Of a stretch of 64,000 nucleotides of DNA, positions 10,089 to 19,989 are shown piece after piece. The stretch comes from Shigella phage Sf25: sequence record MF327009; one strand, written 5' to 3'. Made by a program: the position numbers and the translations under genes. Numbering within the stretch: the first letter of the stretch is position 1; each line of letters opens with the position of its first letter. The notes below the pieces were generated by a model that was given only the letters and a program-made list of their open reading frames with translations, had not been told where the DNA came from and did no database searches.

Positions 10089-11515
10089 TAAAATTTTAAT
10101 TCATTTGCCAAAGCATCTAACTGAGCTCGAGTAGATTCATTTCTTTGATAGCGATTCTGCTCAGCCTGAATCTGTTGTGAACCTGCTACTTCGTTCACTT
10201 CAGTTGGAGTAGAATCTTGTTCAATTTCTACCCATTTCTGATTTCCTTTTTGAACACCCATCAAAAACTTATTCCATTTATTCTTATCGCCATATCGTGA
10301 TTTGATTTGCTTAATGAGTTGTTGTTCAGCAGCTGCTAGCTCCTCGGTTTCAATGACCGCAAGCATAAAATCAGCTGTTGCTGGAAGACCAGCAGATTCT
10401 GCAATATCGCTCATGTTAACATCGGAAGAGTCCCAAGCTTGTTTACCAACCTGCGCTGCGGTCCAAAGAACAGTTTCGGTTTCAACAGCAAGAGCACGCA
10501 ATTCCTCTGCAATAGCTTTAACAGTTGTGTAACTATTTTCTGAATAAACTCTAATGCGGCAAGATTTACAAATACCTAGATAGTCGACAATAATGATTGT
10601 TGGAACAAAATTCTTCTTGAGCTTCAATTCATTCAAGAGAGACCTGAATGTATTAGCGTCTGCTCCACCAGTAGGATATTGCTTAACGATTAAACGACCG
10701 AGAGTAGATTTCTCACGCCATTTTTCCATTTTTCCTTTATATTCGGCGTAAGAAATATGTCCATCATCAATATCGTCAAGAGAAACATCGAGCATGTTAG
10801 CATCAATACGTTTAGCACAGACTTCTTCTGCCATTTCCATGGAGATATAAAGAACGTTATGACCAAGCTGCAAATAATCTGCTGCTAATGAGCAAAGTCC
10901 TAATGATTTACCAACGTTAACGCCAGCCATTAAAACGTTCAGTGTTCCTGTTTCAGCTCCGCCTTTTGTAATTTTATTCAAAATACGAAGTTTAAATGGA
11001 ACCTTACGAGCTTTATTCATATAAGATAGCCAGCGTGCTTCGTAGTCATCCATCCAATCATGACCAACGTAGCTATCAAATGAAATTGATAATGCTTGGC
11101 GCATGATGTCAGGAATAGCACCTACATCTGGCATTTTCTTATTTCGTTTTTCCGGAGGAAGCTCAGCATTAGTTTGAATTTCGATTATTTTAGACGTAGC
11201 ATTAAACATCGCCCTTTGCTGAACATATTTTTCTGTTTCTTTTACTAACCAACTATGGTCTTCCGGAGAATCAGCTAGTTTTGAAATAAGTGTTTTTACA
11301 CCAGAATATTCTGTTTCAGTAAATGAACTATTTTCTAATGCAACATTTAACGCATTAATAGATGGAACGCTATGATACTCATTAACATGAGATTTAATTA
11401 ATTTGAATGTATTTTTAGCTGGACCACTTTCAAAATATTCTGAATCCATATATGGCCAAACTTTTGAAAAATAAGCTTGATCAAATATGAGATGAGAAAG
11501 AATAATTTCTACCAC
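10088..11515 (-). CDS. 41: replicative DNA helicase gp41 (DnaB-like)
   Basis: 475 aa; Walker A GVNVGKS; length matches T4 gp41. Confidence 0.9.
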   Translation of the reverse strand: MVEIILSHLIFDQAYFSKVWPYMDSEYFESGPAKNTFKLIKSHVNEYHSVPSINALNVALENSSFTETEYSGVKTLISKLADSPEDHSWLVKETEKYVQQRAMFNATSKIIEIQTNAELPPEKRNKKMPDVGAIPDIMRQALSISFDSYVGHDWMDDYEARWLSYMNKARKVPFKLRILNKITKGGAETGTLNVLMAGVNVGKSLGLCSLAADYLQLGHNVLYISMEMAEEVCAKRIDANMLDVSLDDIDDGHISYAEYKGKMEKWREKSTLGRLIVKQYPTGGADANTFRSLLNELKLKKNFVPTIIIVDYLGICKSCRIRVYSENSYTTVKAIAEELRALAVETETVLWTAAQVGKQAWDSSDVNMSDIAESAGLPATADFMLAVIETEELAAAEQQLIKQIKSRYGDKNKWNKFLMGVQKGNQKWVEIEQDSTPTEVNEVAGSQQIQAEQNRYQRNESTRAQLDALANELKF

Positions 11516-11524
11516 ACTTACTCC

Positions 11525-11881
11525 TTAAAAGAATTTAAATTTTTTCTTTGACCTTTTATTAAATGCATCTTGCAGTTGCATTGTAATACATTTTTCTACA
11601 TGAGGAGCTAACTCAGCTTTTCTTTCTTGGTCAAGAACAGCAAAGTCCATTACAACCTTTCCATCAACCCAATCCAGTTTAGTTACATACACTATATGTG
11701 TAGAACCATCTTCTAGTTTAATGACAATCTCCTGGATAACATTTTCCATAGCGGATTTAATTATCTTAAGAGACTCATTAAAAAGACGTTCTTTTCTTTC
11801 TTTTTCCCCCTCCGAAGAGGGGGATTCATCGATAATTTCTAAATCTAAATCATCTTTACTCATTAAATTCTTCCATATCAC
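11525..11881 (-). CDS. 40: gp40-like protein
   Basis: 118 aa between uvsX and 41, the syntenic position of T4 gene 40. Confidence 0.5.
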   Translation of the reverse strand: MIWKNLMSKDDLDLEIIDESPSSEGEKERKERLFNESLKIIKSAMENVIQEIVIKLEDGSTHIVYVTKLDWVDGKVVMDFAVLDQERKAELAPHVEKCITMQLQDAFNKRSKKKFKFF

Positions 11882-13037
11882 TTAACTGCTCGAGGTCAGT
11901 TTCTAAATCAGCTGCTGATTTACTTTTACTTTCTGGAGATTTAAATTTTTCAACCTTTGAGTTAATCAATTCATCAACTTCAGCTTCAACAATTTCATTA
12001 CTATCAATAGCACCTAACTGATAAGCACGTTTAATAGCATCTCGGAATGGCTGATGCTTAAATAAAGGACCCCAGAATGTAGTGCAGTTGGTATCTTTTG
12101 CACGCCAAGATTTTTCTTCGCGAATCATCTCACCGGTTTCTTCGTCAAGAAATTCACGAGCATACCAGCCATTTTTAGGTTTTACCACAAATCCTAATTC
12201 AAGAGCCATATCTAACAATCCAGAATAAGGATCGATGCCACCGTCAAATTTAACATCAATAAAGAATTTACTTTTTTCTTTAACGGTACGAGATTTTTCT
12301 ACATTTAGAACAAATTGATACCCCTGAAGATCAGAACCATCTTTAATCTGGCGCTTACCGATAATGAATACAGTATCAGCCGAATACATTACGCCTGTAC
12401 CACCTGTCATCACGGTTTTACTAAACATTTCAATTGTTTCAATTGTATGGTTAACCGCAACACATGGAATATTTTTAATGCTAAAGTAAGGAGTAACAAT
12501 ACGGAATAATGACTTCAGTGATTTAGCACGAGTCATATCTGCCACAGATTTTTCATTCAAGGCATCTTCAGTTTCTTTCTTAGAAGCCATATTACCGATT
12601 GAGTCGATGAATACAATAACTTTTTCACCGCGCTCAATAGCTTCAAGCTGATTCACCATATCAATTTTTAGCTGTTCAACTGACTGAATCGGCGTATGAA
12701 TTACTCGTTCTGGGTCAACCCCCATGGATCGCAAATAAGCTGGAGTAATACCAAATTCGCTATCATAGAATAGACAAACCGCGTCAGGATATTTGTTCAA
12801 ATATGCCGCAACCATAGTCAAAGACATATTTGATTTAAAGTGTTTAGAAGGCCCTGCGAAAATAGTTAAACCAGACTGCATACCGCCATCAATCGCACCA
12901 GAAATAGCAATATTAAGCATTGGAATTTTTGTACGAATTACATCCTTTTCATTAAAGAATTTAGATGTAGTCAGTTCAGCAGTCATTTTAGAAGTGGAAG
13001 CTTTAATCAAACGGGATTTTAAATCTGCAATAGACAT
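11856..13037 (-). CDS. uvsX: RecA-like recombinase UvsX
   Basis: 393 aa; N-terminus MSIADLKSRLIKASTSK...; Walker A GPSKHFKS; acidic C-terminal tail. Confidence 0.9.
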   Translation of the reverse strand: MSIADLKSRLIKASTSKMTAELTTSKFFNEKDVIRTKIPMLNIAISGAIDGGMQSGLTIFAGPSKHFKSNMSLTMVAAYLNKYPDAVCLFYDSEFGITPAYLRSMGVDPERVIHTPIQSVEQLKIDMVNQLEAIERGEKVIVFIDSIGNMASKKETEDALNEKSVADMTRAKSLKSLFRIVTPYFSIKNIPCVAVNHTIETIEMFSKTVMTGGTGVMYSADTVFIIGKRQIKDGSDLQGYQFVLNVEKSRTVKEKSKFFIDVKFDGGIDPYSGLLDMALELGFVVKPKNGWYAREFLDEETGEMIREEKSWRAKDTNCTTFWGPLFKHQPFRDAIKRAYQLGAIDSNEIVEAEVDELINSKVEKFKSPESKSKSAADLETDLEQLSDMEEFNE

Positions 13038-13114
13038 TCATTTTTTCCATAGGCATCATTATATTTTCCTCACTGGTTAAAGATAGAGTAATTATAACAC
13101 AATAAATTTAGGCA

Positions 13115-13963
13115 TTAATCAACTGCTATTGGATGAATAGCATTAAACTTATGAAATGCTTCTGATTTTTCTTTACGTGAAACGCACATGCGAAGAACCT
13201 TTAATGGTTCGTCTTCTTCACCCAACGATTTTCGTTTTTCAATATTAGAAGTTTTCCAACGAGCTTGCTCTGGAAACTCTCTATTGATTTGCTCAAGCGC
13301 TCTATTATGTTTAGAATTACTACGAATTGAACTGCACCCGCCAGGAGCTTGTGCTTTTCCAGATACAACCAGATATTTGAACAAGGCCAAATGCGGATAA
13401 CCTTGATTAATTAAATTGAGAAATGCATACATATCTTCGCACAAATCAATTTTTCCATACCCAATTTGTTCTGTCGTAAGTTTTCCAAGGTCATACCATG
13501 TATTCGTGAATCCATATGAATTTTCACGATAATTACCCCAAGATGAAGTAATTTTAAAAATTGGTAGGCGAGCATGACCATGATAATACCCGCAATCCAT
13601 GGCATCCTCAACGTATTGAATCAATTCATAGAACTGTTCACGGGTTAATTGATTGACTTTATCTACACAACGACGGTCATCTCTTTTTCGCATTGAACTC
13701 ATACGAATAGTAGTATCATCGTCAATCATCCAGATTCGTTGACCTGCATACATATCAGTAATTGCTTTACGAGTACCGGCAATTCCGTTTACATCATCAG
13801 GAATAGTTATAATTTTAGCTCTAGACCCATAAGCGTCATAATAAGCTTTTTCTTCATGTTCACGCACTACAATATGGGGTTCATAATCAGTCGGAAACAT
13901 ATCAAGGGCAGAAACTGCCCCGACACGCTGATAACTTGGAATTACGAATTGAATCATTTCCAC
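13115..13963 (-). CDS. putative DNA glycosyltransferase (GT-A-like) at the beta-gt locus
   Basis: 282 aa with IWMIDDDTTI (DxD-type motif); occupies the position of T4 beta-gt but does not resemble it as recalled. Confidence 0.45.
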   Translation of the reverse strand: MEMIQFVIPSYQRVGAVSALDMFPTDYEPHIVVREHEEKAYYDAYGSRAKIITIPDDVNGIAGTRKAITDMYAGQRIWMIDDDTTIRMSSMRKRDDRRCVDKVNQLTREQFYELIQYVEDAMDCGYYHGHARLPIFKITSSWGNYRENSYGFTNTWYDLGKLTTEQIGYGKIDLCEDMYAFLNLINQGYPHLALFKYLVVSGKAQAPGGCSSIRSNSKHNRALEQINREFPEQARWKTSNIEKRKSLGEEDEPLKVLRMCVSRKEKSEAFHKFNAIHPIAVD

Positions 13964-14808
13964 TCACCGTTATAATCTTTTTTCACAATATGAGTTTCGC
14001 CAGTATTCCACCAATGATCAACCAAGTAAAAATGACGAGAATATACATGAAGACTTCCAACATTCCATATAATAGAACCTGCTTTATACTGACGAGTTGA
14101 ATCGCCGGCATTCAAATCAGATACTAATTTATCTAATACGTATTTTTGCCATGCATAATCATTACGGAATCCGAAGACCACGTCATTTGAGCGCATGCTT
14201 ACTACTGCATTGACTTTCTTATCACGAATCAGGTACTGTACTGTATTAGTACACATGAAATCTGACATACCATCTTTATTGTAGTCAAATTGCATGGATG
14301 GACGAGTCATGCTTACTACTGCATTGACTTTCTTATCACGAATCAGGTACTGTACTGTATTAGTACACATGAAATCTGACATACCATCTTTATTGTAGTC
14401 AAATTGCATGGATGGACGAGTATAAATCATGATACCACGTCGAGAATCAGGATTTTGACCAAGTTCAGCTAAACACATATCATACTGGGCATAGTTATCT
14501 TCTGACCAAATAGCCCAACCATAATTCGAGTTAATTTCGCCTTTAGAAGATGCTACCTGCTGCCAAATCTTTGGTGTTTCGCCTGGAATATCTTTGACAA
14601 ACAGACTTTGAGACTTGTACCATTCAAGTTCACGCTGAATGTATTCATCATTAAGAGCGCCAAAAATAAAGGGTTCATCTGCTACAAATGATGCGCCAAT
14701 AATTTCAATAGTTTTAACACCGGTTTTATCAACTACGAAATCTTTTTCTTTTAATGCAAGCCCCAAATGAAGACGGATTTCTTCAACTGTCATAAAGTCA
14801 CTAATCAT
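13954..14808 (-). CDS. 42: dCMP hydroxymethylase gp42, with in-frame 38-aa internal duplication
   Basis: 284 aa, 38 more than T4 gp42 (246), exactly the duplicated block SMTRPSMQFDYNKDGMSDFMCTNTVQYLIRDKKVNAVV. Confidence 0.85.
   Translation of the reverse strand: MISDFMTVEEIRLHLGLALKEKDFVVDKTGVKTIEIIGASFVADEPFIFGALNDEYIQRELEWYKSQSLFVKDIPGETPKIWQQVASSKGEINSNYGWAIWSEDNYAQYDMCLAELGQNPDSRRGIMIYTRPSMQFDYNKDGMSDFMCTNTVQYLIRDKKVNAVVSMTRPSMQFDYNKDGMSDFMCTNTVQYLIRDKKVNAVVSMRSNDVVFGFRNDYAWQKYVLDKLVSDLNAGDSTRQYKAGSIIWNVGSLHVYSRHFYLVDHWWNTGETHIVKKDYNGEWK
14194..14421. repeat. perfect tandem duplication, 2 x 114 bp, inside gene 42
   Basis: 14194-14307 is identical to 14308-14421; in-frame. Confidence 0.9.
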
Positions 14809-14961
14809 TTAAACCTCAATTGATACATTCATATTTAACTTGTAACAGTAATAAGCTCCAACCTAAAATAATAGTCGGAATCATAAGAGGAACCGTTACA
14901 CTATAGTATATACTTATTATAATCATCAAGATTAAAAGCAACACTGTTATAATTTTGCTTT

Positions 14962-15213
14962 TCATTCTTTCTCTCTGATGATAATTACCTGATTTGGCTG
15001 TGCAGACTTTTTAGTTTCACCAGCAATTGACCAAATAAATGTAATAAACCAACCAATAATTGACCAGTTAAACAGTAAAGATGTGAAAAAGATTCCTACT
15101 GTCGATTTTGACCCACGCATCAAGGCGATAAACCATGGAAGCATGTATATAATAATAGCCAACACACCTGAAACTAAAACCATAAAAATTGAACCTGCTA
15201 CTAAAGTTTCCAT
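14962..15213 (-). CDS. imm: immunity protein Imm (superinfection exclusion, membrane)
   Basis: 83 aa, two hydrophobic segments, between 42 and 43 as in T4. Confidence 0.75.
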   Translation of the reverse strand: METLVAGSIFMVLVSGVLAIIIYMLPWFIALMRGSKSTVGIFFTSLLFNWSIIGWFITFIWSIAGETKKSAQPNQVIIIREKE

Positions 15214-15220
15214 GTTTTCC

Positions 15221-15601
15221 TCACTTAGTCAAATTTTTTACGCATGAATTATAAGAATTCACTACATACTCCATCGGAGCATTTTTACCAGTACGCCATT
15301 GGTAATTATTAGCCCAATTAGCCCAAAGCTCGGCGCAGTAGTTTTCAATTTTTTCTTCGCGTGTAATTACATCAGAATTACGATATGCTTGAGCAGATTC
15401 ATTTGGACGAATAGCTTCGTCAAAATTCGCCTGCATTTGTTCTACTGTTTGCTTTGGAGCTTCTTTATAACACTTGACATTAGGATTATAAAATTTGCTT
15501 GAACAGTTTACAATTTTTCCTACATCAGACTGATTTATTACCGGTCCTTGAGCTACACAACCAGTAAGACCTAATGCAATAACCAAAATAGCGATTTTCA
15601 T
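15221..15601 (-). CDS. putative lipoprotein (126 aa)
   Basis: Signal peptide with lipobox LTGC. Confidence 0.45.
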   Translation of the reverse strand: MKIAILVIALGLTGCVAQGPVINQSDVGKIVNCSSKFYNPNVKCYKEAPKQTVEQMQANFDEAIRPNESAQAYRNSDVITREEKIENYCAELWANWANNYQWRTGKNAPMEYVVNSYNSCVKNLTK

Positions 15602-15611
15602 AATAATTTCC

Positions 15612-15860
15612 TCAAATGCAAGTAGTAATTACTCCAGTAGTGCTTATGCAGGTATTACCCATTTGCACACCTAAAGATCCATTTGTATTCACATGAAGAT
15701 TATCATCAATTTTAACTGATATTTTACCATTAGTGTGAATAACGGTGCTAGATTCAATCACAGGTTGAGTATCATTTTCAACACTAACAAATGGAACTGC
15801 TGCTAATGCAACTAAACAAACTGCTAAGCATCCCATAACAATTTTCATTTTATTCTCCAA
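15612..15860 (-). CDS. secreted or membrane small protein (82 aa)
   Basis: N-terminal hydrophobic signal-like segment. Confidence 0.4.
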   Translation of the reverse strand: MENKMKIVMGCLAVCLVALAAVPFVSVENDTQPVIESSTVIHTNGKISVKIDDNLHVNTNGSLGVQMGNTCISTTGVITTCI

Positions 15861-15879
15861 ATCCGTATTAGTTGATAGT

Positions 15880-15913
15880 TGTATAGTACCATGGAAGAAC
15901 AGTCTTGTAAACA
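15880..15913 (-). promoter_or_regulatory. T4-type early promoter
   Basis: gtaaac at 15906-15911 on plus strand plus the conserved ...ggtactatacaactatcaacta -10 block shared with 41812, 43250 and 57937. Confidence 0.5.
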
Positions 15914-15993
15914 GTTTTGTGAAAATTTTTTAGGGAATTCTAAAGGTCCAGAATCATCTGTTTTTCATAAGTATAGATTTATATTACTTGTAT

Positions 15994-16016
15994 GAAAAAG
16001 GGACCCGGAGGTCCCT
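15994..16016 (-). terminator. rho-independent terminator downstream of gene 43
   Basis: Hairpin gggacc-cgga-ggtccc followed by a U-run on minus. Confidence 0.6.
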
Positions 16017-16028
16017 AGATTTATTCTA

Positions 16029-18872
16029 TCAGCCAAACAGGAAGTCTAACGAAGCTTTTTCTTCATAGTCCATACCAGCCGATTCACACATGCCTGCAAG
16101 CGGTTTAACAAACGATTTTTGGAACAAAGTTGAGTAGTCAATCCAAGACAGTACGTCAGAACGAATTTCTTTTGGAAGTTCTGTACCCGACGGCCAAGCA
16201 ATGCATTTGTCACCAAATGGATTTCCTTCACGCAATGGAAGAACCATTACTTTATTTCCATCCAAAATTGGAGCTACACCTAAACCGCTAACAGCTCGAC
16301 GATAAGTTAGCACACCACGAATATGGAACGGACATTTAAATCCTGGCCAACCTTTATCATCATATTTCGCTATATCGTTCGCAGTTTTTACTTCAGCAAT
16401 AACTTTATAGTCAAGTTGACGATATTCTTTCTCGAAGTTCTTGTAATATTCTTGGACAGACTCTTCACCTTCCTGAAGAATACGACGAATACTTTCTTCG
16501 AGAGCTTCTTGGACCGCTTTAGGCGTTGAACTCTGCTGAGTTTCCATACCCATGATTTTTAGATGCGGTTCAGCAAATCGCTTATCTTCCATATCATATA
16601 CGTTCAGAGCATAACGCTTTTTCGCTTTCCAAAATCCGCCAACGCCCTTTGAACCAAGTGGAGGGCAAGAAATAGCTTCACGGTCCATATGCATCAGATG
16701 CTCGCGGTTATTCATATAATCACATAACTCACGATATGCAACATCAATCATAGGTTCCATCTTTTTCTTACCGAACTGATTCATGAATTCAACTAAATCG
16801 TTCTGCTCTTTGAATCGGTCAAGACCAACTTTTTCAATAACTTTATCTACACAAACATATACCGAATCAGTATCACCTGCTGCAATGAAATCTTCGCCAT
16901 TAGTTCCGCATACTTTATTCAGATATTCATTAATTTTACGAGCAATCCACTGAATACCAACTTGGCCGAAAATTGTGATAGCAGTAGCATTTCGCAAATC
17001 ATAGTAACGGAAATGAATATTACCAAGAGCACCATAAAGACTGTTAATAAGAATTTTACGGTTCAGCTGATTTGTGTTAGCAAGTGTAGCTGCTTTTTCA
17101 CACTCTTCGATCAAACTATTAAGAACAGATTCGGTGTAATTCGATAGTTCATTTAAGAAATCATCACTGAACTTAACATATCGTTCAACTTCTGGTTTAG
17201 TTGAGCAAGACCCTGCGCCTTTCATAATAATCTTTTTAATAGCTTCGGCATTCATTTCTTCAGCGAACATTTTCTTTTTCCAATCTTTACGCTGGAAAAA
17301 TACTTTAGCGATTTCCTTTGGAATGATACCTTCTTGATGCTTATCATACATCCATCCATTCGGAGAACAAGAATATTCATCACTCGGTTTAGGAGCTGTT
17401 CCTGCGATATATTCATGAATTGGATGAACTTTAAACTGACCACGAATAGTCTCAGGACTAATGTTAACCTGACGAATAATGCTCGGATACAGAGACGTCA
17501 AGTCAAAACTCATAATATATCGACGAGCAATTGGTTTAGGTTCAAACACAAATGCACCCGGAAAACTCTGTTTAACGTGCGAACCTTGTTGAGGAATAAC
17601 CTTATGTTCACCTTTCAATGAGTTAAAAATAATAGCATCCCAAGTTTTAATAGGACTCATTACACCGGAAAAAGGCATTTTAGCGTAATAAGACATACTT
17701 AAAACTAGATCGATAAACCCGCGAATTTTATCAATTGCTTGAACTGATTCTACGTCAATGATGTTATAACTAATGTATCGTTGATGATTAGTCTCACGAA
17801 GTTTATTAATAGGACCGTCGTATGGTAATTTACCTTTTTTGGTTTCATGTTGAGCAACTGATTCCAAAGAGAATGACGGCAAATTAGTAAAAGCGAATTT
17901 CTTGTACAAATCTAAATAATCAAGAATAGATACGCCATCAATAGAATAAATTTCTTTGCTGCCGTACATATTTTGAATTAGTTTGGATTTTACCCGACCG
18001 ATTGGAGAGAAACGTTTCATACTGCGTTCGCCTAGAATCATTTTAACACGATTCATGATATATGGAACGTCAAACCCCTCAATATTCCAACCGGTAAAAA
18101 TAGCAGGTCGTTTCTGTTCCCAGAGATTGATATATTCCATGAGCATATCACGCTCATTATCGAATGGCATATAAATTACTCGGTCAAGAATTTCTTGAGG
18201 AACTTCATCACCACCTTCACAGTCAAGCTTAGCAGCTAACTTTGCATCCCATTTTGATACTGAACCGTACATTGAATTCAAAAGGTCGAAAACATAAAAA
18301 CGATCGTCAATTGAATCGTAATGAGTGATAGCATCAATTTCATATTCAGCTTTCATTGGGTCAGGAAATTTATCACCAGTAACCTCAATGTCACAGTTAG
18401 CTACACGAACACCGTACATTGAATTCAAAAGGTCGAAAACATAAAAACGATCGTCAATTGAATCGTAATGAGTGATAGCATCAATTTCATATTCAGCTTT
18501 CATTGGGTCAGGAAATTTATCACCAGTAACCTCAATGTCACAGTTAGCTACACGAACAAATTTTCGGTCATAAACAATTTCTGAACCATATGTATCACTG
18601 ATATAAGCGAGTTTAAAATCGTTCATACCGAGAGCTTCGAGACCGATGTCTTCCATTCGCTTCATCCAATCTCGAGCATCTTTCATTGATGGAAATTTTT
18701 GAGGAGCGCAGTTTTTACCATAGATGTCTTTGTACTTTGACTCTTCCTTACAATGCCTAAACATAGTTGGAAGATATTCTACTTCACGAGTACGTTCCTT
18801 TCCATTTTCATCAATATAACGTTCAACAATATTATTTCCGACTGTTTCAATAGAGATATAAAATTCTTTCAT
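16029..18872 (-). CDS. 43: DNA polymerase gp43 (family B), with in-frame 49-aa internal duplication
   Basis: 947 aa, 49 more than T4 gp43 (898), exactly the duplicated block VRVANCDIEVTGDKFPDPMKAEYEIDAITHYDSIDDRFYVFDLLNSMYG; exonuclease and polymerase motifs present. Confidence 0.9.
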   Translation of the reverse strand: MKEFYISIETVGNNIVERYIDENGKERTREVEYLPTMFRHCKEESKYKDIYGKNCAPQKFPSMKDARDWMKRMEDIGLEALGMNDFKLAYISDTYGSEIVYDRKFVRVANCDIEVTGDKFPDPMKAEYEIDAITHYDSIDDRFYVFDLLNSMYGVRVANCDIEVTGDKFPDPMKAEYEIDAITHYDSIDDRFYVFDLLNSMYGSVSKWDAKLAAKLDCEGGDEVPQEILDRVIYMPFDNERDMLMEYINLWEQKRPAIFTGWNIEGFDVPYIMNRVKMILGERSMKRFSPIGRVKSKLIQNMYGSKEIYSIDGVSILDYLDLYKKFAFTNLPSFSLESVAQHETKKGKLPYDGPINKLRETNHQRYISYNIIDVESVQAIDKIRGFIDLVLSMSYYAKMPFSGVMSPIKTWDAIIFNSLKGEHKVIPQQGSHVKQSFPGAFVFEPKPIARRYIMSFDLTSLYPSIIRQVNISPETIRGQFKVHPIHEYIAGTAPKPSDEYSCSPNGWMYDKHQEGIIPKEIAKVFFQRKDWKKKMFAEEMNAEAIKKIIMKGAGSCSTKPEVERYVKFSDDFLNELSNYTESVLNSLIEECEKAATLANTNQLNRKILINSLYGALGNIHFRYYDLRNATAITIFGQVGIQWIARKINEYLNKVCGTNGEDFIAAGDTDSVYVCVDKVIEKVGLDRFKEQNDLVEFMNQFGKKKMEPMIDVAYRELCDYMNNREHLMHMDREAISCPPLGSKGVGGFWKAKKRYALNVYDMEDKRFAEPHLKIMGMETQQSSTPKAVQEALEESIRRILQEGEESVQEYYKNFEKEYRQLDYKVIAEVKTANDIAKYDDKGWPGFKCPFHIRGVLTYRRAVSGLGVAPILDGNKVMVLPLREGNPFGDKCIAWPSGTELPKEIRSDVLSWIDYSTLFQKSFVKPLAGMCESAGMDYEEKASLDFLFG
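18264..18557. repeat. perfect tandem duplication, 2 x 147 bp, inside gene 43
   Basis: 18264-18410 is identical to 18411-18557; in-frame. Confidence 0.9.
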
Positions 18873-18874
18873 AG

Positions 18875-18910
18875 ATATTCCTTAGTTTATAGCCCGAGTT
18901 ATTAGGCTCT
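18875..18910 (-). promoter_or_regulatory. putative gene 43 translational operator (hairpin adjacent to RBS)
   Basis: Minus-strand RNA gAGCCuaauaacucGGGCUauaaacuAAGGAAuaucuAUG: short hairpin just 5' of the SD, as described for gp43 autoregulation. Confidence 0.4.
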
Positions 18911-18931
18911 TGATATATTATACTCCAAATA

Positions 18932-18947
18932 AGGGGCCGAAGCCCCT
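18932..18947 (-). other. RNA stem-loop with UUCG tetraloop
   Basis: aggggc-cgaa-gcccct on plus strand; no clear U-run. Confidence 0.4.
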
Positions 18948-18950
18948 TGC

Positions 18951-19214
18951 TTAAATTAGTACTATTTGTCGGTGAAAAATTGTCATTCCATCTGCATTAA
19001 TTGACTTAACGACTGCAGTAAAGTGTTTTTGTTCTGGATGAATTAATTTTTGAAATTCTACCTGAAATTTTAGTTGAAGGTTTTCTGGTAAATCAAAAAG
19101 TGTTTCTGTTGCAGAAAGATTATATTTTTCTTTAAGAGACGTCATGTATTCTTGTGGAGTTATAGCAGTCATATTAATTACCAATCGTATATTTAGGAAC
19201 GAGTTTCCATTCAT
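18951..19214 (-). CDS. hypothetical protein (87 aa)
   Basis: ORF overlapping the regA 3' end. Confidence 0.3.
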   Translation of the reverse strand: MNGNSFLNIRLVINMTAITPQEYMTSLKEKYNLSATETLFDLPENLQLKFQVEFQKLIHPEQKHFTAVVKSINADGMTIFHRQIVLI

Positions 19215-19542
19215 GTTTTTGTTTAAAAGAAATAACTCGGAAGTTATTAGTTAAATCTTTCATAAAAGTTCTTTGACCAGGAACGATTTCAATCAATCCC
19301 CAATCTTCTAACAACCATGCAATCGAATCACGACGAACTTCATCTTCTTCTGCCATTTCAACTTGACGACCATCCATACGAAGCATTTCTTTAAAATGAA
19401 CGATATAGTATAGTCCTTTTTTCTGAAGAATATGACAGGACTGATACAGAACTTTATCTTTATTATTAGCAATTCCCATACGAGTCAAAGTTTCTTTTAC
19501 TTTCAGAAAATCTTCAGGTTTTTTAAGAGTAATTTCAATCAT
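19174..19542 (-). CDS. regA: translational repressor RegA
   Basis: 122 aa, equal to T4 RegA; position between 62 and 43. Confidence 0.8.
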   Translation of the reverse strand: MIEITLKKPEDFLKVKETLTRMGIANNKDKVLYQSCHILQKKGLYYIVHFKEMLRMDGRQVEMAEEDEVRRDSIAWLLEDWGLIEIVPGQRTFMKDLTNNFRVISFKQKHEWKLVPKYTIGN

Positions 19543-19605
19543 TTTACCATTCCAATGCTAGTTTTTTGAGTTGTTTCTGTTCTTTTACGTTCTTAGTCAC
19601 TTCTT

Positions 19606-19989
19606 TCAAAAAATCATATCTTCGACCAGTTTTGCCCATTTACCATATCTTTTACCACGAGGAACTGCAGCCATCAGATAATTAAAATGAGCTTCATCAC
19701 TTAAGCCTGATCCAATTAAATTCATAGCATATACAGCTGGCATGCACTCTGGAAATTGTGATAATGCATTTTCAACCATGAATTTTGAATAATCTTTTTG
19801 AGCAATAGAGCATTTAGTTTTATTATTAATAGCTCCAATTATTTCAAAAAATTCATTTTCAGCTTTTTCTTTAAAAGAATCAGCAGCAGATTGGACAGCT
19901 GTCCAATCTTTTGAATACCAAGCAACTTGATGCTCGTTTAATTGAATATCATCTTCAAATAAGCTCATATCACTTCCACTGCATTTCAC
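19606..19989 (-). pseudogene. 62: clamp-loader subunit gp62, truncated (apparent internal out-of-frame deletion)
   Basis: 127 aa versus 187 in T4; ends ...[11 protein letters not shown]; the short stretch before regA encodes, out of frame, KEVTKNVKEQKQLKKLALEW* which resembles the T4 gp62 C-terminus as recalled. Confidence 0.55.
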
